The notes below the pieces were generated by a model. That model saw nothing but the letters and a program-made list of their open reading frames with translations. It did not search any database and was not told the origin of the DNA. A DNA stretch of 55,732 nucleotides, the filler included, from Sluysia triapertura (lineage: Eukaryota): assembly GCA_046118255.1 (NCBI GenBank). It is 4 parts of 4 records of this genome, joined end to end, with 100 filler letters (N's around TTAATTAATTAA, not from the genome) between each part and the next. Parts side by side here need not be neighbours in the genome. Positions count along the whole stretch, not along the records: positions 23,602 to 43,129 come from JBJNIA010060981.1; positions 43,230 to 55,732 come from JBJNIA010102988.1; 2 more parts are not named here. One strand, given 5' to 3'. The translations under genes were made by a program, and so were the position numbers. This document shows, piece by piece, positions 38,301-50,075 of this stretch. Positions within the stretch are counted from its first letter, which is position 1, and every line of letters starts with the position of its first letter.

Positions 38301-41300
38301 GAAAAATTACTTTTTCACTTGAAACTAATATCTCTTAAACAGCTAGCTTTAATAATATGAACTTTAATTCTACTTGATTTAATCATTTCATAGGATAGCT
38401 TTGACTTATTGACGTAAGTTAGACTTCCTAATTTTGGTAGACTTGATGAATTTTTCATTAAACTTCATATTAAACATTAGCTATAATTTTGGTGCTTGCA
38501 AAACTTATTCAAAATATTGTGGTATACTACTAATTTTAGTAGAATTATATATTCTAAATTGAATAGGCCACATCCTACGTTGCCGTTCTTTATTTTTTAA
38601 TTTTTGTTTTTGTTACGAAAACTTGGTAATGATCAAGTATTTAAATCAAAAAAACACAAAACGAAACACTTAGACTCGCCTTCGTATACTGATGCAACTT
38701 TTCCTCTACATCTCTTAGTCTGCTTTCTGCACAAAAGAATAACTTTTGACTTTGATGGCTTTGTTGGTTTAGGAACTTGTCTTTCTTTAATTCTTGAAAT
38801 AAAAGGTGTTGGTGAGTCGAACAGATTACAAGTAACTTGTGTTTTAATGAACTAACGACTATAACTTGTCGTCATTTTGATTTGCTTGTGTTTTTGGTAA
38901 TTTCTGAACTAAGTTTATTTGATTTTTCTAAGTAATCTGGTAAATAGATAAACATTTGTTTCTTTTTCTTTGTCATCACATGGCTTTCTATTGACGTATT
39001 AAACATTTTAAAACTTCGTTCTCAGACAAATGTTTGTTTTATAGACACTTCAGAATTAAATTTTTAGAGTAACAATACTGGATCATAATTATAACATAAT
39101 ACAAAACTTTTAATAATTTTAAAGTTGCATTTTGTACAGATTTAACTTTATCCTTTAAACCTGATTTAATCAAGTGAAGCCTCTTTGATATCGTTGAAAT
39201 GTTTTAATATTTTCCTTTTTGCTAAATGGAATCATTCAAGTTTTAAATGATAAATTGTTTAAAAAAACAATATCAGCTAGACACGTTAGAATATAATTAT
39301 GACTATATAATGTTACAGAGTAAAATGCATCGTGCAGAAGAGAATTAGAAAAAGATAATAGCGAACATGTGGTTAGAAGATATAGATAGGAGGTTAAACA
39401 AAAATGCAAATGATTTGAAACCCGACCAGATACATAATGCCGACGAGGCAGGCTTGTGCTGGAAGTGTTTGCTTACAAAGACACTTTTTCGTCTAATGAA
39501 TCATCGAACCCAGGCCATAAATCATCTAAAGAACGTATCACAATCACGTACTGTAGCAATTCATCCGGAACTCATAAAAAGAAACCTATCGTGATTGGAA
39601 AAGCAACAAAGCCAAGATCATTTAAAGGAACAGAAATAAAGAATCGTCCTGTTTACTACAACAATCAAAAAAGGAGCATGGTGGACAGAAGATGCTTTTT
39701 TAAAAGTAAAGGATTTCCACAGAAGGCAGTACCGTTATTAGATAATGCTCCTTGTCATCCAAATGAAAGCACACTAAAAACAGACGATGGCCTTATAGCT
39801 GAAAAATTTTTAAGATATAATGTAACATCTTTAATTCAACATACGGATCATTGAGTTATCTCTTTATCGCAATGATCTTCTTAGAAGCTTCTGCAGCGAG
39901 CATAACGATTTAATGAATTTATGGAAGAAATGACAATGTTTGCAATATATGGAGCTAAATCTAGGAACAAAATTAAGTCCGTAAAACTAGTTCTATCGTG
40001 GTTGAAAATTTTGTCAAATGTAGAAAGTAATGGTTCGAACTGAGATACGTAACATTTCAAATTTAAATGGCTTTGAAAGTGTTGATGATCAAAATATTGA
40101 GAAGTGGATGGAATTTGATTCATCTGAACCAGGATTCGAGATACAGAGTGACACTGATATTATTTCAAATCCAAATGAAAATAAAAGTGAGGTCGAAGAT
40201 ATTACCAATCGACACGGCACTGACTTCTGTCGATACTTTACTAGAATACGTCGATCGATGGAGCTTCGACTATGATTCGAGATGATATTAAAAATCATTG
40301 AGAAATTCACTTAACCCATTCGCTGCCAAGCCCAAATTATATGAAATCATCCCCATTGGCATTTATATTTATAATTTGCTTATTCAAAAGCCTGCATGTT
40401 ATAATACATTTAAAGTAGGACGAGTATACTCGTCTTGGCAATGCGTGATACCCATTTTTAATAAAGCATTGAATGTATTTTCATGGATTTTGTATTATAT
40501 TAGTATTTTTTAAAATTATTTTTGTATTATTATTTTGTGGATTATCCGTGCCGACCCTCACCATTATTAGCACGAATAATCGAGAGTTTACTGTATAAGT
40601 TGTGAAGTTTCTTTACAAAATTATCTAAAATGTATTAAAAATAATAAGTTACTGTTAAAACGAAAAGATTATTTACCAAATTAATATTAATCGATTTCAT
40701 TATAATTGAAATTAGTTTCTTATAACTTGTGACTCTGCATTTGCAAAAAAACCAATTTTTTCAACAAAATACAAATAATAATAATAATGCTGAATTAGAA
40801 ATTTTTGTGTGCAAGTAAAATTCAGATTAACTGTATAATTGAATAAAATTTAGTATCGGTGTAAATATTCTGTCAATGTACATGAGGACAGAATAGAAAT
40901 TTAACCACATATAATTTAATTTAGTTTAGAAATTCAGTATTACAATAAAATAAATAACGTTGTCTATAAAATTTACTATAAATAGAGATTGTTTTAATGT
41001 CTAAGAACAGAAGTGAACATTATTTAATCTTGATTATTTGGTGAACATTATTTGATTTTAAATATTCGGCTTATAAGGGTAATAGTGAGTAAAATTCGTT
41101 TATTAAAATATGTATTGCACTTGTAAAATTATAGGCAGCTATAATTTTAAAATAAATATTAAAATAAACTAAACTGTTAAATTTTTAAGAAAAAGAAATA
41201 GTTCCTAAGAAATCTTTTTACTATTTTAGTTTTTCTTTCATTTATTTTAGTTATTCGGGATTGAGAAATAAAATTTGAGGTTACGAACAATTATCTGTAT

Positions 41301-41648
41301 CATCAGAGACTAGTACTAACTCAAGCCTCCAGGATAAATTTATACTAAGTCATTAAAGAGATATAAAAGAAAAGTATTCATCAACAAACCAAATAAAATA
41401 TGTTAATAAATAAAAAGAAAATAGTCGAATTAAACTTTCAAAATATTTTTACAAAATGAATATTTTAACTTGCGAACAGATACTGATTAAACTTTAAACG
41501 TCTCTGTAGCGACTCACATGTATAACAAGCATGAAGTTAATTATTTTATATATAAGTTCATGATTAAGTATTTTTTCGTTTCAGAGATCGTCATACAGGC
41601 CTCACTCAGGATGCGTTTGGATTGCATATATCGGTGAAACGACAAAAG
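32376..41648 (+). CDS. internal exons of an unidentified multi-exon gene with long introns
   Basis: Candidate exons 32376-32556 (FGELYAAGYTID...EDTVQD), 37295-37395 (NTKLKNKRKRAGHEILYDINDEDTLGESTIIPP) and 41585-41648 (DRHTGLTQDAFGLHISVKRQK). Each is bounded by TTCAG and GT, and the phases join without a stop. A possible first exon lies at 31734-31797. Confidence 0.5.
39340..40593 (+). mobile_element. decayed Tigger/Jerky-like (pogo family) DDE transposon, 3' part with right TIR
   Basis: Frameshifted QIHNADEAGLCWKCL, KSSKERIT..CSNSSGTHK, IGKATKPRSFK, LLDNAPCHP and NVTSLIQ motifs. Ends CGAATAATCGAGAGTTTACTG followed by TA. Confidence 0.9.
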
Positions 41649-42434
41649 GTTATGAGTCTAAAGAAAGAATGATTATGTTTGGCTTATTTAATATAGCCAC
41701 TGTTTTATATTTTTGTAAAATCTGGAATGTGCTTGTTTTGCTTTATTTATAACTGTTTGAAATAATTCAATTTTGCTAATAAAACCATCTTCGTTATTGA
41801 TTTTTATACAAAGTATAATTTAAATGTATATTGTAGTATGGATTACGTGTAGATTCTTAACTTTTGTTTCTATGGAATGTTACATATATACCGTGCTAAT
41901 ATGCAAGGTTTAAAACATTTTGAAATAAATAAAAAAATAATTGCAATACCTATGGAATGACTAAAATATTTTAAAAATACTTTTAAGTGTAATTTAGCAT
42001 CACAAAGAAAGAAATATATTTCGATATCAGTCTATTTGAAGAGCTTGAATTTGAATGCACATTTGCGAAAAGGTATGATATTTTTAACAATCAATAATAG
42101 AAATGTGGTAGATAATTAAATTATTGCGTTTTATATAGAGTTTCTTTCTTTTAACCCTTTAATACATTAATAAAAATCATTTGAATTTTCCAATAAGACA
42201 ACTATAATTATCTCTACGAATATTTGTAAATCTTCCCATTTTCTTTTTATGTAATAAATTGTTATGAATGTATATAAATAATCAATCAACAACAAAAGCA
42301 CCATAGACTAAATTTGTGATCCTGAACCAAACATTCTTATTTACATTTACTTGATCCCTTGTATATTTATATAATTATTCATATTTATACTCTGTGTAAA
42401 TACCTGTCATAATGTTAAATAAATGTTTTAAATT

Positions 42435-42487
42435 CATCAAACTGCGCAGCAAGAGTTCCCGGTCAGTCCATTTAACGAAGTCTAACA
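42435..42487 (+). mobile_element. 3' fragment of tRNA-containing element (copy 4)
   Basis: CATCAAACTGCGCAGCAAGAGTTCCCGGTCAGTCCATTTAACGAAGTCTAACA matches the 3' part of copies 1 and 2. Confidence 0.75.
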
Positions 42488-42596
42488 TTTGATGAGCCCA
42501 CGTAATGAATACCCTTCTGATATTGGAATTAATTTATATGCATTTTTCGAACAAAATCAATAAATTAATGTTTATACTTTAGTGTGTGTTCGATTA

Positions 42597-43129
42597 CCGT
42601 AATTTCCGGCGTATAAGGCGCAACCTTTTACATAGAAATTTTGAAAAACTGGTACATGCGCCTTATACGAGGATTTTGCAAAGAATAAAATATTTACAGA
42701 TTTTATTACATTTTTATTTATTATAACGTTTAATTCACAACTGAATAAATATTTTAATAAGATTTTGATTGTTTAAATAATAGAAATTTTTAAATTTTTA
42801 AGCGTTATTATGAATTCTTCCAAAAGACATTTATACACTGTAGATTTCGAGCTCAAAGTAGTTGAATACTCAAAAAAGCACGGGAATCGCGCAGCAGGTC
42901 GAAAATGAATCAATGGTTAGAAAATGGAGGTCTCAGGAATATTTACTGAGTCAATCTAAAAAAACCAGAGAAAGTTTTCGTTGTGGAAGTCTTAAGTGGT
43001 CTTTATTAGAGAAAGAAATGGAGAAGTGGGTTATTGGGCAACGAGCAAGTGATAGGGCAGTTTCAACCTTGGACATACAACACAGGGCTAAAGTGTTGGC
43101 AACCGAAATGAACATTTCTAGCTTTAGTG
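42597..43129 (+). mobile_element. pogo-family transposon 5' part (Brinker-like DBD + CENP-B HTH), truncated by gap
   Basis: TA then TIR CCGTAATTTCCGGCGTATAAGGCG. Coding MNSSKRHLYTVDFELKVVEYSKKHGNRAAG, frameshift, then ESMVRKWR...WSLLEKEMEKWVIGQR...AVST. Confidence 0.85.
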
Positions 43130-44294
43130 NNNNNNNNNNNNNNNNNNNNNNNNNNNNNNNNNNNNNNNNNNNNTTAATTAATTAANNNNNNNNNNNNNNN
43201 NNNNNNNNNNNNNNNNNNNNNNNNNNNNNAGTTTAAAATGAGATTTTTCTTTGCTATCTATAAAGGATAGCCAGCTAATTAAAATATAATTTACGTTGAT
43301 TTTAGATAAGCAATTTCTAAAAATTGCGTTAAACTTATAACTCAAAACTAACGATAAAAGATTGCAAAAATGGTAAAATTGTTTCCTCGAAAATTGAGAC
43401 GTCGAATAATTGGTTGTGATAGAGAATCGAAGAATTAATCTTGGTAGACAATATTACGAGCTTGGCAACTAGTTAGAAACTTCAGAAAGTCGAAAAACTT
43501 GACAAAAATTTTTAAAATCGAGAAAATTGTGTAGTGCAAGTTGATGTGAGCTTTATTTATACTTATTTGATATGTCCTTGAAATTAAAACAAGAAAATTT
43601 TATAAAATATTTTTAAATCCAATAATTTATCTTAAATTTAATATTTATTTTAATAATATAAAGAATTTTTAAATAATTTTAACAATTTTAATAATATTAT
43701 ACTTAATAATTTTAACAATTTTAATAATAATAATATAATATTAATAATAATATACCAACCTGGAAAACGATGATAATTAAATTTTTTCGAAAAATTCCTT
43801 AAATTATAATTCCGATTAATGTTTAGAAACTTAAATCTTTAAATTATAAATGCTTTAAATTATAAATGAAAATATTTGATTATTTAATTGAATAAAATGT
43901 TTATTTATAACTAAATGACTATGTCTAATACTTTGATTTACTTGATTTAATTTATGTGATTTACTAACTGACTAATAAACTTGAAAATATTTGATTAATA
44001 CTTTGAACTTTACACTTAATACACTTACCATGTCAAAATCATTATACTCACATTTTAAAAATTTCAAAACAACAGTAAATAAAAAAGAATTTCTGTTAAC
44101 ACTTTTAACTTCCTTATTCCTCTCTCGCAACTCTCTTTCATATTTTTGTACTGATCATTATTCACGTATTTTATCAATATTACCCAATCAAATCCATAAA
44201 ATGGATATGTTAGAATTTTTGTCATTTGATATCTCAAAACAAATTTTTATATCAAAAAATTGTGTAACTTAATGCAAATTCCAAGTTGTAGATA

Positions 44295-44443
44295 TGTTGG
44301 GATATAGGCCTAAGGTGCCATTTGGTATAATTGAATATAGTAATCTAGAGGTTGTTAGACGGGGCTGATAACTCAGAGCATCGAACTAAGCAGCGAAGGT
44401 TCCGGGTTCGATCCCAGGTCAGTCCATTTTACGAAGTCTATCA
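44295..44443 (+). mobile_element. 149-bp tRNA-containing TGTT...CA element (copy 2)
   Basis: TGTTGGGATA...GAAGTCTATCA with a clean 4-bp TSD GATA (44291-44294 / 44444-44447). Acceptor-like stem GGGCTGA/TCAGTCC, B box intact, D arm partly deleted. Confidence 0.85.
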
Positions 44444-44996
44444 GATAGAATCACTTTATGCTGTCAAAACCTAAGGTATGATGCAAGACACAAACAATAT
44501 GATATAGATGTTTCATTGCTTCTTTTTATCAATATTCTCAGTTACATAAAACAAAATATAGAAGATATATTTTGCAAAGTTGGATGTTCCGAAACTACAT
44601 TTGCTTGCTTTTCCCTAACAACTACAAACCAATTACTCCAGCCGGATTTTGTCTTGGAAATAACAAACGCGCAATAATTCCTTAAGAATGTAGCTTTATT
44701 AATTCAAAAAGTCGAATATACGATTCTAAAAAATAAAATCACTATCAAGATTCTTTTTTGAACATACCGCCAAATCAACTAGAATATTATAATAAGAAAA
44801 ATTTTATTATACTTTCAATGATAAATGAAATAGCACATATTCGATATCGTAGTTTGAAGCGTTTCATTAATATTCCCTGAGAATTGGATCACACCAAATT
44901 GTGTTTACCATGAAACAATTTAATATTGTTCCATATATCATCATTTCAGATGTGTAACTAAAGTAAATTAAGACTAGATAAAATTTCATTTTAATA

Positions 44997-45960
44997 TGTA
45001 CCAAAAACCGGAGGAAGATTTTAAAGAAAAAGAAATGTTCGTAAACAGAGAATTTTATGTTTATTATTATTATTATTAATTTTATTATTATTATTATTTA
45101 TTATTATTACTATCATTATTATAAATTGTATCACTAACTATTATCATCAACATTTTAAGTATTCTTGGTAACTATTTAACTGTCATTCTTGACAGATTTT
45201 CATTACTAAAAAGTCTAAGTGCGACAGTTTAGAATCAGCTTAAATTGATTTTTCATAGTAACAGTACATGTGCCTGTAGAGCTACATAATGTATTAACAA
45301 TCACGTAGTAATTGGTCAGCCATTGAAAATGTTTAGAAAGTGCTTCACTCATTATTGACCAATCATAATTGTTGTTAAAGAAATCATCAACGAACTATAA
45401 GCATCAGTGATCACCAACACTTGCTACATCTTATTACCATATTGTGTTCTTACTTCATTCTTATCGATTTTATGTAAGATAATAAAGTAAATAAAGAGAA
45501 GTTCATGTACAAGAATTACAAGGTTTATGCAATTTTCTTTCTTTTAATAATAATAATAATAATAACGTTACCACTGTTATTGTTATTATTATTATTGTTA
45601 TCAGTAAATATTATTATTATTTTTATCATCATCATCATTAATGTTGTTATTCTTCGTATTATTACTAATGTTATTATTATTATTATCATTATTATTATTA
45701 TCATTAGATTTGCCGCCATCCTTCCAGATACCTAAAGAAATAAATTAAAAATAAACAAAATTAAAAATTGTTGATAACACTGGTTGCTACCACCACCAAT
45801 GCTGACAGCCCATTTCATGTTAACATTGAGCTGTCAGCCTTGATGGTGGTTAGCCATCAGTTTTGTCTAATTCATCTGTAGATTTTTCGTTTAGTAAGAC
45901 CCAATCAGAGCATAACTAACTAAATTACTAAATGCAAATATCGGTGCTCTGATTGGGCAA
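44997..45960 (+). promoter_or_regulatory. two tandem shared upstream modules D1 (44997-) and D2 (45473-)
   Basis: Head motif AGAGAAGTTCATGT..AAGGTTTATG, ATT tracts, TGACAG/CTGTCA pairs, and a 13-bp inverted CCAAT repeat 45900-45912/45945-45957. Confidence 0.55.
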
Positions 45961-46030
45961 ACAAAAATAAACCATATTGTACTAAAAATAATAATAGTAC
46001 AAATCACAATTTAATTCAATAATAGTAAAT

Positions 46031-47344
46031 TTGGAGTTATCACCTATTGAACAATCAATACTCATGCTAAAAAATTATGATATCAAGATGTTTAATGATA
46101 TAAAGCAGTCACGGTTCCTAAAATTAGTTTCATCAGATCTTCAAAGAGTTTTTATTGATACTTTTAGTGAGCATACCATGGATATTGGAAAAAGTGTGTT
46201 TCTAGTCGCACATTTATTAGAAATTCCTTGCATCAATGATTTATCAAAAGATCTAATTCAATTGTGTATTAATGATATTAGTGAAGATTCATCATTATCA
46301 AATTGTCATATGAAGCATATATCTCGAGTTACAACTCCTGTTTTAAATAAAGATCATACTATTAATGTTTACTACCAAGTTGACAAAATTGTTTATTTGC
46401 ATGCAAATCAAAACAACGTTTTCAACCAAGGTTACAACGTTCCAGAATGTATGTCTGTAATACAAGAATTATCTTATAAAGACAATAAATTAAACGATTT
46501 CAAAATAAATCTCTTCCATCCATCTACAAATTTTTTAGTGATGTTACTGAATGTGTTCACGCAATTACAAGATAATTCAAACAGTTTCACAAATTATATA
46601 AAGGCTACCAAGATTCCGAATCATAATGTAAGAGAATATACATTCTCTACTATCAAAGTAAACTCGCACGAGATAATTAGTAATCTAATCTTTCAAGTAT
46701 ACGTTGAATGTGCAAACGGCATCAAATTATTAGTTAATGCTCGAAATAAAATGTTAAAACGAGTCATCTATGTGCTTCCTGCTTTATGTTCAACTAAGGA
46801 AGATTTTAAAAAGTTTGTAGATAATTTTAAATTTTTATTAATACACTTGAATAAAAATGTTAATAAGATATCTATTTTAGATTTATTTAATGAATATTTT
46901 GTAGGCATCGCTGACACAAATTGGACCCATGCACACCTGAAGGCCAAGTCAAAGATTAGTTACAATGTTTCCATTTCAAGCAAATCCGTATTAAAAACAA
47001 TAAAATTTTACGTGTTTCATTTAATAAATATTTTCATATATGTTTATTTAAATAATTATAAATTAAAACGAAAGAACGACTTTGTAAATAATGTAATTTA
47101 TAATTTTGATAATATTAAGATCAGTAAAATCGTAGATGATCATGACGTTGTTAATTTTTATGATCCAGTTGCAAATAAAATATTAAAGTTATCTACATTC
47201 AAGGTTCTATGTCAAATGCGTTGTATGATAATTACAAAATTAACAATTAAAAGATCAAAAACATATAAAACTGTTCCTTCAAATATATATATTTTTCTTT
47301 CATACTATTATTATACAATTGTTTCTTTAATAAATTTAAGATAA
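46031..47344 (+). CDS. orphan protein, uninterrupted 437-codon ORF (first ATG 46064)
   Basis: By far the longest ORF in this very AT-rich window, and not low-complexity over most of its length. It is preceded by a CCAAT inverted-repeat block. No family recognised. Confidence 0.7.
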   Translation: MELSPIEQSILMLKNYDIKMFNDIKQSRFLKLVSSDLQRVFIDTFSEHTMDIGKSVFLVAHLLEIPCINDLSKDLIQLCINDISEDSSLSNCHMKHISRVTTPVLNKDHTINVYYQVDKIVYLHANQNNVFNQGYNVPECMSVIQELSYKDNKLNDFKINLFHPSTNFLVMLLNVFTQLQDNSNSFTNYIKATKIPNHNVREYTFSTIKVNSHEIISNLIFQVYVECANGIKLLVNARNKMLKRVIYVLPALCSTKEDFKKFVDNFKFLLIHLNKNVNKISILDLFNEYFVGIADTNWTHAHLKAKSKISYNVSISSKSVLKTIKFYVFHLINIFIYVYLNNYKLKRKNDFVNNVIYNFDNIKISKIVDDHDVVNFYDPVANKILKLSTFKVLCQMRCMIITKLTIKRSKTYKTVPSNIYIFLSYYYYTIVSLINLR

Positions 47345-48129
47345 CGTCTTCAATACTAATGCACGGCCCAAACTTAGACTTTTATATTTATTTCCCATTT
47401 TTAAACTTCAAACACTTAATGCCTTCTATGCCACAAAACACTCTAGCATTAAGTAAAATAAAATTGTCAACTCTTAACACATATCAAAAACATTATTACC
47501 AAAAACGATATTATGTACATACCAACAAAAAATGGTTTAAGGTGTATTACCCTCTAAATGGTGTCAGGGTACATTCTCCATACATGTTCACAAGCAGATT
47601 TGAATTTTAAAAATAATGAACATTTTTATTGTAATTCTAAACAATATATTTTCATATAACCTAAATAAATCTATGTTATGTTTTAGTTTCTCTTCGTTTG
47701 CAAATGAAAATTTTAAAACTCGGCCAATCTCATATTTTTTTAATAAAAATCATAACGTAAATTTAAATTTTGTAAATTTTAAACTAAATCTAAAATTAAA
47801 AATTATTAAGATAACGTTCATAAACATTTCCTACCCAAATGATTAAGGAGATTACTAAGAATAAATTAGGACATTGATTTTAAGAAATTGTTGTGGTAAT
47901 ATTCATTTTTGCATAATTGCATATTTTATATTTTGTTTATGTAAAAATAATATTTTCATCAAATAATTATTCAAAATTTTTTAAATCCCATTTTGCATCT
48001 CATTTAGTTCCCCATCTAAAACTACTAAATTTACCAACTAACTACTTCTACTTCATCTCAATCTGTACGAAGTTATTTAGACTGTATACCATAATAAGTC
48101 AAGAAAATCAATCTACTCATTTCTCGATG

Positions 48130-48572
48130 GATTTGCACTGATAATCTATTCATCTGCATATATGGTTTATTGCACTCCATTTCATATAGAAAAGTGAAAA
48201 AAATTACAATTAATAATTAATCAAGCAACAAGACTAATTCTCCAAGTTTGAAGATCTTAAATTACATTGGTTGCCAATAAAAGCAAGAATAGATTTCAAA
48301 ATCATGACAATAATTTACAAATGCTTACACATTACGGAAGTTCTGAATATCTTTTAGAAATAAAAAAATTGGAAACCAATATGAATATTTCTTTGAGGCA
48401 AATAATCCACAGTGATAACAAGATAGGTGATAGATTCTATACTGTTTATGTTTCAAAAATATACAACCAGTTACCAGAGAATGTCAAATTACTGGAAGAT
48501 TATGAAATATTTAAGAAAGAGTCAAAGTTGTTTCTGTTTCAGAAATATTATGAGTACTTACTTTGCAGTAGA

Positions 48573-48626
<54 letters not shown>

Positions 48627-48632
48627 CATTAT
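48130..48632 (+). mobile_element. 3' fragment of the same LINE with (ATT)n tail
   Basis: CATTGGTTGCCAATAAAAGCAAGAATAGA and CAACCAGTTACCAGAGAATGTCAAATTA match the 9640-10560 copy. Ends in (ATT)n at 48574-48627. Confidence 0.85.
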
Positions 48633-49279
48633 AACCACTTAATCTTTTTAGAATAAGTGGAAATGATTCGTTTTAAAAATCAATTATAAAATATTATTAA
48701 ATTGGAGAATCCTTTACGGAAAGGCCAAATCAATTTTGAATATTATTTTAAAACTCGAAATGAGGTCACAGAGAAACTGGACACTACTAAAATCGAAAAT
48801 ATTATGTTCATTCTTCGGAAAAAGCAAACATTCGTAACCAAGGAAACATATGGTTACAATTAAATATTTTATACAGAAATAATAAGAAATGCAAAAAATA
48901 TTTGGTAAAATGGCCCATTGCAGATGTGGTGTGCTTGCCTAAAAAGATCTCCAGTATTAATCATTGTTTTAAAATAAAACTTTGTCTGTATGCTGGATAA
49001 AGTAAAATTAAAATGTACATTTAAATTTCAAAGTGTTAAATTTCAAATGAATGATAGAACGAATTAAGAATTTAATCTGATCTCTTCATTGGAACTAAAG
49101 AAAAACAAATAACTCATACTAATTAAATAATTTTAAAAGCGTTTAGATGTATCGATGTAAATAAAACGGTTAACAATTAAATTAAAAGATTATAATAATA
49201 GAGATAATATTTTTAAATAAATACGGCACCAACATCCATTAAAGAAAAGCGTTGCTTAACACAATAAAATATTGTTGTG

Positions 49280-50075
49280 TCTTTTAATACTTTTATTTTC
49301 CCAAATTATTAAATTAGAACTCAATAACTAAATAAATTCAAAATCTCGATATATTCCTTATCACAAAATTACATATTATTATCACAAAATATATATATTA
49401 TTCTTTATAACAATGACAATACAAATTACTTTATATAATAATGTAAATTATTCTTTAAAGACAAATTACAACCAAGGTGACACAACTTATTTAAACTTTA
49501 ATGCAAAATATAAACAGAAAGAAATATATTACTAACTCTTGTTGTAAAAAGAAAATAGTTTATTTTAGTCAATTACTAAAGAAATAACTTTAGTATCACC
49601 GTTATCCACTGATGAACTAAAGCAGCTTCCCTACAGTTAAAAAGTTAATTCGAATATTCTTTACTTCTTCTTAATGTTGTTTCACTTCTATTTTTTCTTT
49701 CAGAAATGTAACTGCTTATGTAGCAGTTTTATGATAATTAGAGAAATTAAAAATCAAAAATTGAACACGACGGAAATTAAAGCTGTCGATTTTACTGATT
49801 AGATTTCGACATCAACTTTCGTCTATGTTCAACTTCATTATCTTTCTAATTATCCGAAGATAATGGGATTTGTGGTAAACAATCCTTTATCCTTTAAAAA
49901 TCACCTAATTTAAATTTAAAATCATTATACTGTTATTTTATTAATAACGTAATTTGTCAACTTAATTTAAATATAAAATTAATGAAATAATAAATTTATT
50001 TAGCACAGGAATCCTTTGCATAATGCGCAGTGCATCAACCGTACGTTGCACGTAGTTCAATAACATATTTGAATT
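49280..50075 (+). repeat. ~800-bp dispersed non-coding repeat (uninterrupted copy)
   Basis: Collinear blocks (GGTGACACAACTTAT, TTATCCACnGATGAACTAAAGCA, ACTGCTTATnTAGCAG, GACGGAAATTAAA, AGTTCAATAACnTATTTGAATTA) are shared with 25710-26122 plus 27920-28362. Confidence 0.85.
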
